Shown here: positions 35,203 to 44,571 of the stretch, piece by piece
Numbering within the stretch: position 1 is the stretch's first letter
Layout of the letters: every line of letters starts with the position of its first letter
Origin: Chromatiales bacterium
GTDB lineage: Bacteria > Pseudomonadota > Gammaproteobacteria > Steroidobacterales > GCA-2729495
NCBI GenBank assembly: GCA_016789885.1
Contig: JAEUPZ010000027.1
Span: forward strand, 98-64,097
Direction of reading: 5' to 3'
DNA length: 64,000 nt
Notes under the pieces: model-generated
Told to the model about the DNA's origin: nothing
Seen by the model: only the letters and a program-made list of their open reading frames with translations
The model's database searches: none
Program-made: the position numbers and the translations under genes

Positions 35203-35316
35203 TTACTGGGCCAGGGCGAAGATGACGACGGTGACGACCGGGATCGCGACGGCCACGGCGGCCAGCAGGGCCTCACCGAGCAGTTCGAACTGCCTGAACG
35301 TAGTATTCCCGAACAT
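35203..35316 (-). CDS. candidate 37-aa single-TM membrane peptide
   Basis: MFGNTTFRQFELLGEALLAAVAVAIPVVTVVIFALAQ. Strong AAGGAG 7 nt upstream of the ATG. Divergent from a CpxRA-like operon. No homology evidence available. Confidence 0.35.
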   Translation of the reverse strand: MFGNTTFRQFELLGEALLAAVAVAIPVVTVVIFALAQ

Positions 35317-35400
35317 GTGCACTCTCCTTGTGTAGCTCCCGGAAACCGTTTCCGGGTGTGCGCAATGTACGGGCCCGGTGTTGCAGCGTCCTTTCACCGG

Positions 35401-35426
35401 GGTAACAGCCTGTAACGGTTTGTAAC
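35401..35426. promoter_or_regulatory. three direct (G/T)GTAAC hexamers at exact 10-bp phasing (response-regulator box candidate)
   Basis: GGTAAC at 35401, TGTAAC at 35411, TGTAAC at 35421. The arrangement resembles the CpxR consensus GTAAA-N5-GTAAA. It sits in the divergent intergenic region next to a CpxR-like regulator. Confidence 0.45.
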
Positions 35427-35533
35427 GACACCGGCCCTTGCGGGACAAAGATTTACAATAACGTCATGCCAGCGCGCCGAACTCCGTCCCAGACCGTGCA
35501 CGGGTCACATTCCGGCCCGGGAGGGCGTGTGCC

Positions 35534-36232
35534 GTGACCCGCGTCCTGCTCATCGACGACGACGAGAAGCTCGGCGAGCTGCTCAAGGCCTACTTCCAGC
35601 GCTTCGACATGCAGGTCGACGTGGCGCTGCGCCCCTCTGACGGCCTGACCAGGCTGGCCCGCGAAAAGCCCGACCTCGTCATCCTCGACGTGATGCTCCC
35701 CGAGCAGGACGGCTTCGAGGTCTGCCGCACGATCCGGCGCACCAGCTCGGTGCCCGTCGTCATGCTCACGGCCCGGGGCGAGGTGACCGACCGCATCGTC
35801 GGCCTCGAGATCGGCGCCGACGACTACGTGCCGAAGCCCTTCGAGCCCCGCGAGCTGGTGGCCCGCGTGCAGAACGTGCTCCGGCGCAGCCGGGCCCGGC
35901 AGGCCACCGACGACAAGGTGCTGCGCTTCGACGGCCTCACCGTCGACACCGAGCGGCGCATCGTCGAGCTCGACGGCCAGCCCGTCGAGCTCACGACCAT
36001 GGAGTACCAGCTGCTCAAGCTCTTCGCGTCGAACCACGGGCGCACGTTCAACCGCGACGAGATACTGAACGAGCTGCGGGGCATCGACGCGCAGCTCTTC
36101 TCGCGCTCGGTCGACATCCTGGTCAGCCGCCTGCGCCAGAAGCTGAAGGACACGAGCCGACAGCCGCGCTTCATCAAGACCGTCTGGGGCACCGGCTACG
36201 CGTTCGTGGCCGCCGAGCCGCCCGGCCCATGA
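35534..36232 (+). CDS. OmpR-family response regulator, CpxR-like
   Basis: GTG start (MTRVLLIDDD). VMLTARGEVTDRIVGLEIGADDYVPKPFEPRELVARVQNVLRRS closely parallels E. coli CpxR as I recall it. Winged-helix C-terminus TVWGTGYAF. Confidence 0.85.
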   Translation: MTRVLLIDDDEKLGELLKAYFQRFDMQVDVALRPSDGLTRLAREKPDLVILDVMLPEQDGFEVCRTIRRTSSVPVVMLTARGEVTDRIVGLEIGADDYVPKPFEPRELVARVQNVLRRSRARQATDDKVLRFDGLTVDTERRIVELDGQPVELTTMEYQLLKLFASNHGRTFNRDEILNELRGIDAQLFSRSVDILVSRLRQKLKDTSRQPRFIKTVWGTGYAFVAAEPPGP

Positions 36233-37680
36233 CGGCAGCCACCGCGAACCCGGTCATGCGGCGCGTGAGCCGGCGCCTGCGCCGCTTCGAGAAGCGCATG
36301 GCCCGGCGCGGCATCCGCCTGACGCGCCGCCTGTCGGTGCGCCTGCTGGCAGTGTTCTTCGTCACGTCCATCGTCTACGGCCTCGGCTCGTTCTACGCCG
36401 TGCGCTTCGTGCGCCAGACCGACTACACCCGCGAGCTCGTGGGGTCGCACATCGCCCTGCACGCCGACCTCGTGCTGCGGGCCATCGGCTCGCCGCCCGA
36501 CCCGCGCCGGGCCCAGGCCATCGTCGACCGCGTGCCCGTCGACATCCGCATCAGCGGGCCGGGGCTCGACTGGATGTCGGACCCGCGCTTCCCCGACCTG
36601 AACTCGATCCCGTTCGGCCCCATCGACTTCCTCGACCTCGACGAGCGCAGCCTCAAGGAGATCGAGGCCTGGGCCCGCAGCCTCGACCGGGTGCGCTTCG
36701 CCAACTACCGGGGGCACCTGTTCGCCGAGCTGCGCAACGACGACTACAGCGTCGTGTTCGCCTCGCCGCGCCTCGCCGAGACCCCGCCGCCCGACCTCAC
36801 CGGCATCGCCCTCATCGTGACCTCGATCCTCGTGCTCACGGGCTGCTATTTCACCGTGCGCTGGCTCATCAAGCCCATCGGCTGGATCCAGGAGGGCGCG
36901 GCCCGCATCGGCGAGGGCGACCTCGACTACCGCATCCCGACGACGCGCAAGGACGACCTCGGCGAGCTGGCGCTCGACATCAACCACATGGCCGACGACG
37001 TGCGCGACATGCTCGAGGCCAAGCAGCAGCTGCTGCTCGCCATCAGCCACGAGCTGCGCTCGCCGCTGACCCGGGCCAAGGTGGCGCTCGAGTTCCTCGA
37101 CGAGAGCCAGGTCCGGCAGGACCTGCTCGGCGACATCCGCGAGATGGAGAAGCTCATCGCCGACCTGCTCGAGACCGAGCGCATGAACACCGGCCACACC
37201 ACGCTGCAGCGCTCGGCCGTGGACCTGAAGGCGATGCTCGAGTCCGTCATCGCCACCGAGTTCAGCAACCGGCCGGGCCGCGTGGCGCTGACGCTGCCGA
37301 CCCAGCCCGTGACGCGGCAGGTCGACGCCATCCGCCTGCGCCTCGTGGCCAAGAACCTCATCGAGAACGCGCTGCGCTACAACCCCGAGGGCGGCGAGCC
37401 TGTGGCCGTCGAGCTGCGCATCGTGCCCGGCGCCGTCGCCCTGTCGGTGCGCGATCACGGCCCCGGCATCGCCCGGGAAGCCCTGGCCCGGGTCACCGAG
37501 CCGTTCTTCCGGGCCGATCCTGCCCGCAGCCGCACCACCGGCGGCTTTGGCCTGGGCCTGTACCTCTGCCGGCGCATCGCCGAGGCCCACCGGGGGACGC
37601 TGGCCATCGACAGCGAGCCCGGCCGCGGCACCGTGGCGACGGTGACCATCCCGGATTTCGACGTACCCGCGGACACCTGA
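36229..37680 (+). CDS. HAMP-domain sensor histidine kinase (CpxA-like position)
   Basis: ATGA overlap with the regulator. Two TM segments and a HAMP domain. H-box ISHELRSPLT; N and G boxes ENALRYN, DHGPGI, GGFGLGLYL. Confidence 0.9.
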   Translation: MTAATANPVMRRVSRRLRRFEKRMARRGIRLTRRLSVRLLAVFFVTSIVYGLGSFYAVRFVRQTDYTRELVGSHIALHADLVLRAIGSPPDPRRAQAIVDRVPVDIRISGPGLDWMSDPRFPDLNSIPFGPIDFLDLDERSLKEIEAWARSLDRVRFANYRGHLFAELRNDDYSVVFASPRLAETPPPDLTGIALIVTSILVLTGCYFTVRWLIKPIGWIQEGAARIGEGDLDYRIPTTRKDDLGELALDINHMADDVRDMLEAKQQLLLAISHELRSPLTRAKVALEFLDESQVRQDLLGDIREMEKLIADLLETERMNTGHTTLQRSAVDLKAMLESVIATEFSNRPGRVALTLPTQPVTRQVDAIRLRLVAKNLIENALRYNPEGGEPVAVELRIVPGAVALSVRDHGPGIAREALARVTEPFFRADPARSRTTGGFGLGLYLCRRIAEAHRGTLAIDSEPGRGTVATVTIPDFDVPADT

Positions 37681-37760
37681 CCCGGCCCGCAGCCGGCGGG
37701 CGACCCGGTATCATTCCCGGGCGCCCCGAGCGGGTGCCGCCTGCCCTGAAGGAGACGACC

Positions 37761-38063
37761 ATGCGCGAAGCCGACCGCAACCCCTACGACGAAGCCGCCG
37801 ACGAGGTCGTCGCCGCCGGCAACCGCATCCTCGACGCCGACGAACAGGCCGACTCCTGGGACGTGGCCTCGGGCCTGCTGGCCGGCGCCGTGCAGTTCTG
37901 GCTGTACTCCCGCCAGCCCTGCGACAACCCCATGTGCGAGGACTGCGCCGACATCAGCACCCCCGAGCGCCGGCTGAAGAAGCTGCTCGAAGAGGTGCGC
38001 GAGCACGCCGAGGGCAGCGACTACTTCGACGCACCCAACGACATGAACTTCGGCACGGCCTGA
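37761..38063 (+). CDS. DUF3144-like small protein
   Basis: Start MREADRNPYDE with GAAGGAGA upstream. 100 aa, acidic and helical. Family call is tentative. Confidence 0.55.
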   Translation: MREADRNPYDEAADEVVAAGNRILDADEQADSWDVASGLLAGAVQFWLYSRQPCDNPMCEDCADISTPERRLKKLLEEVREHAEGSDYFDAPNDMNFGTA

Positions 38064-38204
38064 CCGCGCCCCGGCCGGCCCCGCCGGGCGGCCGTGCTAT
38101 ATTGCGCCGCCCTCCGGCCGGCCCCCCGGGATTGCACCCCCGGTGGCCGCAGCCCGGCAGGCCCACCCCCGTCATCCGCCAGGACTCGAGCCGCAGGTGC
38201 CCGC

Positions 38205-38522
38205 ATGCCAACGATCTTCGTGACCGACCGCGCCGGTAGTCAGCACACCCTCAAGGTCGACAACGGCCTCACCCTCATGGAGCCGCTGCGCGAAATCGAC
38301 AACGGCATCGAGGCCCTCTGTGGCGGCATGTGCTCGTGCGCCACGTGCCACGTCTTCGTCACGCCCGAGTGGTACGCGAAGCTGCCGGCCCGCCACAGCG
38401 ACGAGCTCGAGCTGCTCGAGAGCACCGAGTGCTTCCGCGACGGCGAGTCGCGCCTGGCCTGCCAGGTCAAGGTCACCGACGCCATCGACGGCATCAAGCT
38501 CACGGTGGCCCCCGAGGAATAA
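38205..38522 (+). CDS. [2Fe-2S] ferredoxin, adrenodoxin/putidaredoxin type
   Basis: 105 aa. Cys motif CGGMCSCATCHV ... RLACQV. Confidence 0.85.
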   Translation: MPTIFVTDRAGSQHTLKVDNGLTLMEPLREIDNGIEALCGGMCSCATCHVFVTPEWYAKLPARHSDELELLESTECFRDGESRLACQVKVTDAIDGIKLTVAPEE

Positions 38523-38596
38523 GCCCGGGGCCGGGCACGCGCCACCCGCTGACCGTGCCCGCCGACTTCCCGCTCCGCGTTCCACCGCCGCCGCGC

Positions 38597-39751
38597 ATGA
38601 CCGTGGCGGCGGTGCAGCTGCGTCGGCGCTTCCGCCGTTTCCTCGCCGCCGAGATCGAAGGCCTCGCCGCCTTCGACCGGGCCGCCAGCTGGGACGGCTT
38701 CGACCCCGCCTTCAGCCGCCGCATGGGCGAGGCCGGCTTCATCGGCCTCGCGCTGCCGCGGGAGTGGGGCGGCCACGGCCGCTCGGCGCTCGAGCGCTAC
38801 GTCGTCTTCGAAGAGGCGCTGGTGGCCGGCGCGCCGGTGGGCTTCCACTGGTTCGCCGACCGGCAGAGCGGCCCGCTCATCGCCCGCTACGGCACCGACG
38901 CGCAGAAGCGCGCGATCCTGCCGGCGCTCTGCCGGGGCGAGCTCTGCTTCTGCATCGGCATGTCCGAGCCCGGCGCCGGCTCCGACCTCGCGGCGCTGCG
39001 CACCGAGGCCCGGCCCGTCGCCGGCGGCTTCGTCGTGAACGGCACCAAGCTCTGGACGACCAACGCCCACCGTGCGCACTACATGATTGCGCTCATGCGC
39101 ACGACGCCCCGGGGCGAGGCGGATGGGCGCCACGCGGGATTCTCGCAGTTCCTCGTCGACCTGAAGTCGCCGGGCATCCGCATCCGCCCGGTGCGCGACC
39201 TCTACGGCCGCGAGCACTTCAACGAGGTCACCTTCACCGACTGCTTCCTGCCGGCGGACAGCGTCATCGGCCGCGTCGGCGCCGGCTGGGCCCAGGTCAC
39301 GGCAGAGCTCGCCCTCGAGCGCAGCGGCCCCGAGCGCTACCTGTCGTGCCACGTGCTGCTCACGGAACTGCTGCGCCGGCTGCGCGGCTCCCGCGACGCG
39401 CGGGTGAGGGTCGCGCTGGGCCGGGCCGTGGCCGAACTCATCACGCTGCGCGCACTGTCCCTCGGCGTCGCCGCGCAACTCGCCGCCGGCGAGGATCCGC
39501 AGCTGGCGGCGGCGGTGGTCAAGGACCTCGGCGCGCGCTTCGAGCAGTCGCTGCCGGCGCTGGCCCAGGACCTCGTCGCCGTCACGCCCACGCTCGATGC
39601 GCAGGCCGGCGACTTCCGTCGCGTGCTGGCGTCGCTGATGCTGGTGGTGCCGTCGTTCTCGCTGCGCGGGGGCAGCGTCGAAGTCCTGCGCGGCATCATC
39701 GCCCGGGGCCTGGGGCTGCGGGCCGGAGGAGGGGAGCGCGATGGCCAGTGA
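38597..39751 (+). CDS. acyl-CoA dehydrogenase (catalytic-type subunit)
   Basis: 384 aa. CIGMSEPGAGSDLAAL, GTKLWTTNA, C-terminal GGSVEVLRGIIARGLGL (catalytic Glu context). Confidence 0.85.
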   Translation: MTVAAVQLRRRFRRFLAAEIEGLAAFDRAASWDGFDPAFSRRMGEAGFIGLALPREWGGHGRSALERYVVFEEALVAGAPVGFHWFADRQSGPLIARYGTDAQKRAILPALCRGELCFCIGMSEPGAGSDLAALRTEARPVAGGFVVNGTKLWTTNAHRAHYMIALMRTTPRGEADGRHAGFSQFLVDLKSPGIRIRPVRDLYGREHFNEVTFTDCFLPADSVIGRVGAGWAQVTAELALERSGPERYLSCHVLLTELLRRLRGSRDARVRVALGRAVAELITLRALSLGVAAQLAAGEDPQLAAAVVKDLGARFEQSLPALAQDLVAVTPTLDAQAGDFRRVLASLMLVVPSFSLRGGSVEVLRGIIARGLGLRAGGGERDGQ

Positions 39752-40787
39752 CGGACTGCTGCGCGAGGCCGTCGACCGCGCCCTGCGGCCGGCCATCACG
39801 CCGGCCGTGCTGGCGGCCGCCGACGGCGGGGCCTTCCCTCGCGCGGTCTGGGACGTGTGTGCCGACGTGGGCGTCGACCGGCTCACGCTGCCGGCCGACG
39901 CCGGCGGCGCCGAGGCCAGCCCCGGCGAGGCCGGCGCCGTCATCCGAACCCTCGGCGCGCTGCAGGCGCCCGTGCCGGCCGTCGAGGCCCTGGTGGCCCG
40001 GCTGCTGCTGGCTGCCGCCGGGCTGCCGCAGTTCGACGGCGTCATGACGCTCGTGCCGGCGCCGCTGGTGGCCGGTGCCGACCGCCGCGCGGAACTGGCC
40101 GACGTGCCCTGGGGCCACGTCGCCGACTGGCTCGTCGCCGAACTCCCCGGCGGCAGCCTCGGCCTCGCCCCGGCCCGCGGCCTCGAGTGGCGCCCCGGCC
40201 GCAACGTCGCCGGCGAGCCGCGGGACACCGCCGTCATCGAGGTCGCCGCCTTCGAGCGGGCCCCGCTGCCGGCGGGCACGCTCGGCTGGCTCGGCGCGCT
40301 CGCCCGGGCCACGCAGATCGGCGGTGCAGGCGCGGCCATCCTCGACCTCGCCGTGGCCCACGCCGCCAGCCGCGAGCAGTTCGGCCGGCCGCTGCTGCGC
40401 TTCCAGGTCATCCAGCACCAGCTGGCGCTGCTGGCCGAGGCCGTGGCCGCCATCGATGCCGTCAACGCCGCGGCCTGGCAGGCCCTCGAGGTCCACGGCC
40501 TGCCGCGGGCCGGGCGCCGGCGCGGCGCGGATGCATCGCTCTACGCCATCGCTGCCCGCATCAGTGCCGCCGACCGGGTCGAGGCCATCACGGCCATCGG
40601 CCACCAGGTCCACGGCGCCATGGGCTTTGCCGCGGAGTACCCTCTGCACCACGCCACCCGCCGGCTCTGGGCCTGGCGCGCCGAGTTCGGCACCGCCGCC
40701 GAGTGGGCCGCGCAGCTCGGCGCCCGGGCGCTGGCCCGGGGCGGCGACCGCCTCTGGCACGACATTACCGCGGTGACCGACGCATGA
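39741..40787 (+). CDS. acyl-CoA dehydrogenase-family protein (partner subunit, shorter)
   Basis: 348 aa, overlapping the upstream ACAD by 11 nt. ACAD C-terminal domain strings (QFGRPLLRFQVIQHQLA, HQVHGAMGFAAEYPLH), but the N-terminal and middle-domain motifs are weak. Confidence 0.7.
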   Translation: MASDGLLREAVDRALRPAITPAVLAAADGGAFPRAVWDVCADVGVDRLTLPADAGGAEASPGEAGAVIRTLGALQAPVPAVEALVARLLLAAAGLPQFDGVMTLVPAPLVAGADRRAELADVPWGHVADWLVAELPGGSLGLAPARGLEWRPGRNVAGEPRDTAVIEVAAFERAPLPAGTLGWLGALARATQIGGAGAAILDLAVAHAASREQFGRPLLRFQVIQHQLALLAEAVAAIDAVNAAAWQALEVHGLPRAGRRRGADASLYAIAARISAADRVEAITAIGHQVHGAMGFAAEYPLHHATRRLWAWRAEFGTAAEWAAQLGARALARGGDRLWHDITAVTDA

Positions 40788-41605
40788 CCCAGCCCGAACT
40801 GCCCGCCATCGACGGCCTGCACTACGCCGCCGACGGCCCTGTTGCCACCCTCACCCTCGACCGGCCCGCCAGCCGCAACGCGCTGGGCAACCCCGGCGAC
40901 GGCGACTGGTTCGCCACCGCCGCCGCCCGCATCAATGCCGACGCGGCGCTCCGCTGCGTCGTGCTGCGGGCCACGGGCCCCGCGTTCTCGGCGGGCGGCG
41001 ACCTCAAGGCCATGCGCGACCGTACCGGCACCTTCGCAGGCCAGCCTGCGGACCTCGTCGAGCAGTACCGGCAAGGCATCCACCGGCTCATGCGCGCGGT
41101 GTGGTCCATCGAGGTGCCGGTCATTGCCGCCGTCAACGGCCCGGCCATCGGCCTCGGCAACGACGTCGCCTGCCTTGCCGACCTGCGCCTCGCCGCCGAG
41201 AGCGCCCGCTTCGGCGCCACCTTCCTGAAGGTCGGGCTCGTGCCCGGCGACGGCGGGGCCTGGCTGCTGCCCCGGGTCCTCGGCCAGGCCCGGGCCGCCG
41301 AGCTGCTCTACACCGGCCGGGTCATCGACGCGGATACGGCACTGGCCTGGGGCCTCGTCTCGGCCGTCGTGCCCGACGCCGAGCTGGCTGATCGCACGCG
41401 CGCCCTCGCCGACGAGGTCGCCGCCCAGCCCCCCGGCGTGCTCCGCATGACGAAGCGCCTGCTGCGGGCCGGCCTCACCAGCGACTTCAACACGGTCATG
41501 GAACTGTCGGCCGCCCTGCAGGCCGTCGCGCATACCACTGAAGACCACGCCGAGGCGCTGGCCGCGATCTTCGAGAAGCGCAGACCTTCGTTCACCGGGC
41601 GCTGA
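40784..41605 (+). CDS. enoyl-CoA hydratase/isomerase (crotonase) family protein
   Basis: ATGA overlap with the previous gene. LTLDRPASRNAL, FSAGGDLKAM, VIAAVNGPAIGLG. Confidence 0.85.
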   Translation: MTQPELPAIDGLHYAADGPVATLTLDRPASRNALGNPGDGDWFATAAARINADAALRCVVLRATGPAFSAGGDLKAMRDRTGTFAGQPADLVEQYRQGIHRLMRAVWSIEVPVIAAVNGPAIGLGNDVACLADLRLAAESARFGATFLKVGLVPGDGGAWLLPRVLGQARAAELLYTGRVIDADTALAWGLVSAVVPDAELADRTRALADEVAAQPPGVLRMTKRLLRAGLTSDFNTVMELSAALQAVAHTTEDHAEALAAIFEKRRPSFTGR

Positions 41606-41760
41606 CGACCGCGCGGGCAACTGCCACGCCTGTGGCCCGCGCCGCCGCCGGGAGCATGAGATCCGCCACCGTTTTGCCGGGCCGCCGCCGCGCCGCTGAA
41701 AAGCGACGCGCGCCCATTTCCCGCGGCAGGTTCAGCCAGTACACTACGCGCCCTCGAAAG

Positions 41761-41836
<76 letters not shown>

Positions 41837-41847
41837 CCGATTCCTTC

Positions 41848-41877
41848 AAGCCAGGCCCTGTGCCTGGCTTTTTCTTT
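41848..41877 (+). terminator. intrinsic terminator after tRNA-Ala
   Basis: AAGCCAGGC cctgt GCCTGGCTT followed by TTTTCTTT. Confidence 0.6.
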
Positions 41878-41948
41878 GGCCCCCCCTCCCGCGGTCGCTC
41901 GTAGATGGCTGTCGCAGGCGATTCCTCGTCGCGCAGACGTCGGGGCCA

Positions 41949-41977
41949 GGCCGCTTGCCAAAATTTGGCAAGCGGCC
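41949..41977. promoter_or_regulatory. perfect 14-bp-arm palindrome (ParD operator candidate) overlapping a -35-like TTGCCA
   Basis: GGCCGCTTGCCAAA a TTTGGCAAGCGGCC, ending 12 nt upstream of the parD ATG. Confidence 0.55.
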
Positions 41978-41989
41978 TAGCCTGACACC

Positions 41990-42241
41990 ATGAGCACGAT
42001 GAATATCTCCCTGCCCGACAGCCTCAAGGCGTTCGTCGACGAGCAGGTCAGCCAGCGCGGCTACGGCACCAGCAGCGAGTACGTGCGCGAACTGATCCGC
42101 CGCGACCAGGACCGGCTGCAGCTCCGCAACCTGCTGCTGGCAGGGGCGACGTCTGCCCCCTCGGTGCCGGTGGATGATGCCTACTTCGACGCCCTGCGCG
42201 ACCGGGTGCGCAGCGGGGGCAAGGCCGGTTCCACCGCCTGA
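41990..42241 (+). CDS. parD: type II antitoxin, ParD/RHH family
   Basis: 83 aa. MNISLPDSLKAFVDEQVSQRGYGTSSEYVRELIRRD is the ParD-type ribbon-helix-helix N-terminus. Confidence 0.8.
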   Translation: MSTMNISLPDSLKAFVDEQVSQRGYGTSSEYVRELIRRDQDRLQLRNLLLAGATSAPSVPVDDAYFDALRDRVRSGGKAGSTA

Positions 42242-42248
42242 GGTCGGG

Positions 42249-42578
42249 ATGCAACGGCGTCCCGTCATCCCGAGACTGCAAGCCCTTCGGGATGTGGACG
42301 ACGCGGTGGCGCATTACCTCGTCGAAGATGCCGGGCTGGCCGCGCTGGGGTTCATCGAGGCCCTGGCGGCGGCGTATGCCCACATCGGGCTGCAGCCCGC
42401 CGCCGGCTCACCCCGCTATGCCCATGAATTGAACCTGCCAGGGCTGCGGTGCTGGCCGATGGGCCGGTACCCCCATCTGGTCTTCTACGTCGAGCGGGCG
42501 GATCACGTCGACGTCTGGCGCGTGCTGCACGGACGACGCGACATTCCCGCGTCCTGGCAACTTCCCGACGCGACTTGA
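42249..42578 (+). CDS. parE: type II toxin, ParE/RelE family
   Basis: 109 aa, starting 7 nt after parD. ParE-like strings AVAHYL, YPHLVFYVERADHVDVWRVLHGRRD. Confidence 0.8.
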   Translation: MQRRPVIPRLQALRDVDDAVAHYLVEDAGLAALGFIEALAAAYAHIGLQPAAGSPRYAHELNLPGLRCWPMGRYPHLVFYVERADHVDVWRVLHGRRDIPASWQLPDAT

Positions 42579-42607
42579 CGCGCTGGCGGCTCCCCCCAGC
42601 GATGTCA

Positions 42608-42647
42608 AGGAATCCTTTGATTCCTCCGGGGCAAATCAAAGGATCCT
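42608..42647. terminator. AT-rich imperfect hairpin in a convergent gap
   Basis: AGGAATCCTTTGATT / AATCAAAGGATCCT arms (one bulge) with an 11-nt loop, between the parE and SDR gene ends. Confidence 0.4.
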
Positions 42648-42666
42648 TTCACAGCGGGTCAGATGC

Positions 42667-43428
42667 CTACAGCCGCAGCCCGCCGTCGATCTCGAAGCAG
42701 CGGCCCGACACGTAGTCGTTCTGGAAGATGAACTCCACGGTCTGGGCGATTTCGTCGGGCTCGCCGAGGCGCTTGGCCGGAATGCCGGCGGCGATCTTCT
42801 CGCGGGCCTCGGGCTTCATGGCCTGCACCATCTCGGTGTTGATGAAGCCGGGGGCGATGGAGGCGGCGCGGATGCCGTAACGCGCGAGCTCCTTGGCCCA
42901 CACCACGGCCATGGCCTCGACGCCGGCCTTGGCGGCCGAGTAGTTGGTCTGGCCGGCGTTGCCCGAGCGCGAGATGCTCGAGATGTTGATGATGACGCCG
43001 GGGTTGCCGCCCACGATCATCTTCTCGGCGGCCTCGCGGGCGCAGAGGAAGACGCCCGTCAGGTTCACGTCCATCACGGCCTGCCACTGGTCGAGGCTCA
43101 TCTTCGCCTCGACCTTGCCTTCCTTGAACTTGATGAAGAGCCCGTCGCGGGTGATGCCGGCGTTGTTCACGAGGCCGTGCACGGCGCCCGTGTCGGCGAC
43201 GATCTGGCTGAAGAGGGCGGTGACGTCGGCTTCCTTCGCCACGTTGGCGGCGTAGCCGTACACCGTGGCGCCCAGCGCCGTGCACTCGGCCGTGATGGCG
43301 GCCAGGTCGTCCTTCTTCATGTCGACCAGCGCGAGCTTCGGCTTGTGCCGGGCCAGGCGCCGGGCCATGGCGGCGCCGAGGCCGCGGGCTGCGCCGGTGA
43401 TGACGATGGTCTTGCCGTTCAGGTCCAT
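42667..43428 (-). CDS. short-chain dehydrogenase/reductase (FabG-like)
   Basis: Start [18 protein letters not shown] (TGxxxGxG). NNAG and the catalytic YSAAK motif. Only the last 253 codons of the 621-aa ORF are credible. Confidence 0.9.
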   Translation of the reverse strand: MDLNGKTIVITGAARGLGAAMARRLARHKPKLALVDMKKDDLAAITAECTALGATVYGYAANVAKEADVTALFSQIVADTGAVHGLVNNAGITRDGLFIKFKEGKVEAKMSLDQWQAVMDVNLTGVFLCAREAAEKMIVGGNPGVIINISSISRSGNAGQTNYSAAKAGVEAMAVVWAKELARYGIRAASIAPGFINTEMVQAMKPEAREKIAAGIPAKRLGEPDEIAQTVEFIFQNDYVSGRCFEIDGGLRL

Positions 43429-43581
43429 GGGCCGCTCCGGGGGGCTGACTGGAAAGCGGCGCATGGTACTCCGATGTGTATGCGCCGCAAGATGCCGCCG
43501 GTCCCACGGCTGCGAGGCGGGCACGCGCGCCGCAATGCGCTGCGTTATGCCAGACTTCGGCCCCTGTACCAGGAGCACGCC

Positions 43582-44376
43582 ATGAAGCCGACCAAGGGTT
43601 ACGCCACGGGCCGCTGGGGCCAGATCCACTACACCGACACGGGCGCCGGCCGCCCGCTGGTGCTGGTGCACCAGTCGCCCACCGACAGCGTGCAGTTCGC
43701 CCGGGCGCTGCGCCCGCTGCACGACCACGGCATCCGCGCCATCGCGGTGGACATCCCCGGCTTCGGCGGCTCCGACGTGCCCGACGCGCCGCCTTCCATC
43801 GGCGACTACGCGCACATCGTGCCGGCGGTGCTCGACGCCCTGGGCCTCGCCCAGGCCGCCGTGCTCGGCCACCACACCGGGGCGGTCATCGTCACCGAGT
43901 CGGCGCTGCAGTACCCCACGCGCATCGACCGCGTCGTGCTGCACGGCGCGCTCCCCATGAGCGACGAAGAGCGGGCCCAGTGGCGGCAGATGCTCTCGCG
44001 CGAGAAGGAGTGGAACCTGCGCTGGGACGGCAGCCATATCGCCGGTCTCTGGCAGGTGCGCTTCGGCGCCCAGGCCGAGTGGACCGACATCGAGGCCTTC
44101 CACGCCAACTTCATCCACGGCCTGCTGGGTGGGCGCACCACGTGGTACGCCCACGACGCCGTCATGACCTACCGTCACGAAGAGGGCATCGACCGGCTCA
44201 CGCAGAAGGTGCTGTTCCTGTCGAACACGGGGGACGCGATCCACTACGTTGCCCAGCGCGCGCAGTCGCGCTGGCCGCAGCACGCGTATCGCGAGCTGCC
44301 GGGCGGCACCATCGACTACATCGACGAGCAGCCGGAGGCCTGGGCCGCGGCGGTGGCGGAGTTCGTGAAGGGCTGA
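43582..44376 (+). CDS. alpha/beta-hydrolase fold protein
   Basis: Start [17 protein letters not shown] with AGGAG upstream. HQSP and a GHHTGA nucleophile-elbow variant. 264 aa. Confidence 0.8.
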   Translation: MKPTKGYATGRWGQIHYTDTGAGRPLVLVHQSPTDSVQFARALRPLHDHGIRAIAVDIPGFGGSDVPDAPPSIGDYAHIVPAVLDALGLAQAAVLGHHTGAVIVTESALQYPTRIDRVVLHGALPMSDEERAQWRQMLSREKEWNLRWDGSHIAGLWQVRFGAQAEWTDIEAFHANFIHGLLGGRTTWYAHDAVMTYRHEEGIDRLTQKVLFLSNTGDAIHYVAQRAQSRWPQHAYRELPGGTIDYIDEQPEAWAAAVAEFVKG

Positions 44377-44515
44377 CCACGGCGCCCGGCGGGTTGCGGG
44401 CGACTGGTGGCGACGCTGCCGGCCGGCCAAGCGAAGGGCGCGAAACCCCGTGTCAGCCAGGCCCGGGCGCAGCAGTGGCCGGGCTGCCCGACGCGTGCCG
44501 CGCCCCACAAACAGA

Positions 44516-44548
44516 AAGGCCCCGGCCGCCACTGGCAGCCGGGGCCTT
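44516..44548. terminator. bidirectional intrinsic terminator hairpin
   Basis: AAGGCCCCGGC (11-nt loop) GCCGGGGCCTT, with T-rich flanks on both strands. It lies between convergent genes. Confidence 0.5.
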
Positions 44549-44571
44549 CTGCCTTCAGTCAGTCGTGCGCG

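Noticed and set aside
41837-44571. A genomic island inserted at tRNA-Ala.
   Set aside because: No integrase, transposase or phage gene follows the tRNA. The downstream genes (SDR, hydrolase) have the same GC and codon character as the rest of the window. Only the 0.8-kb ParDE segment is a candidate remnant, and it is reported separately at low interest.
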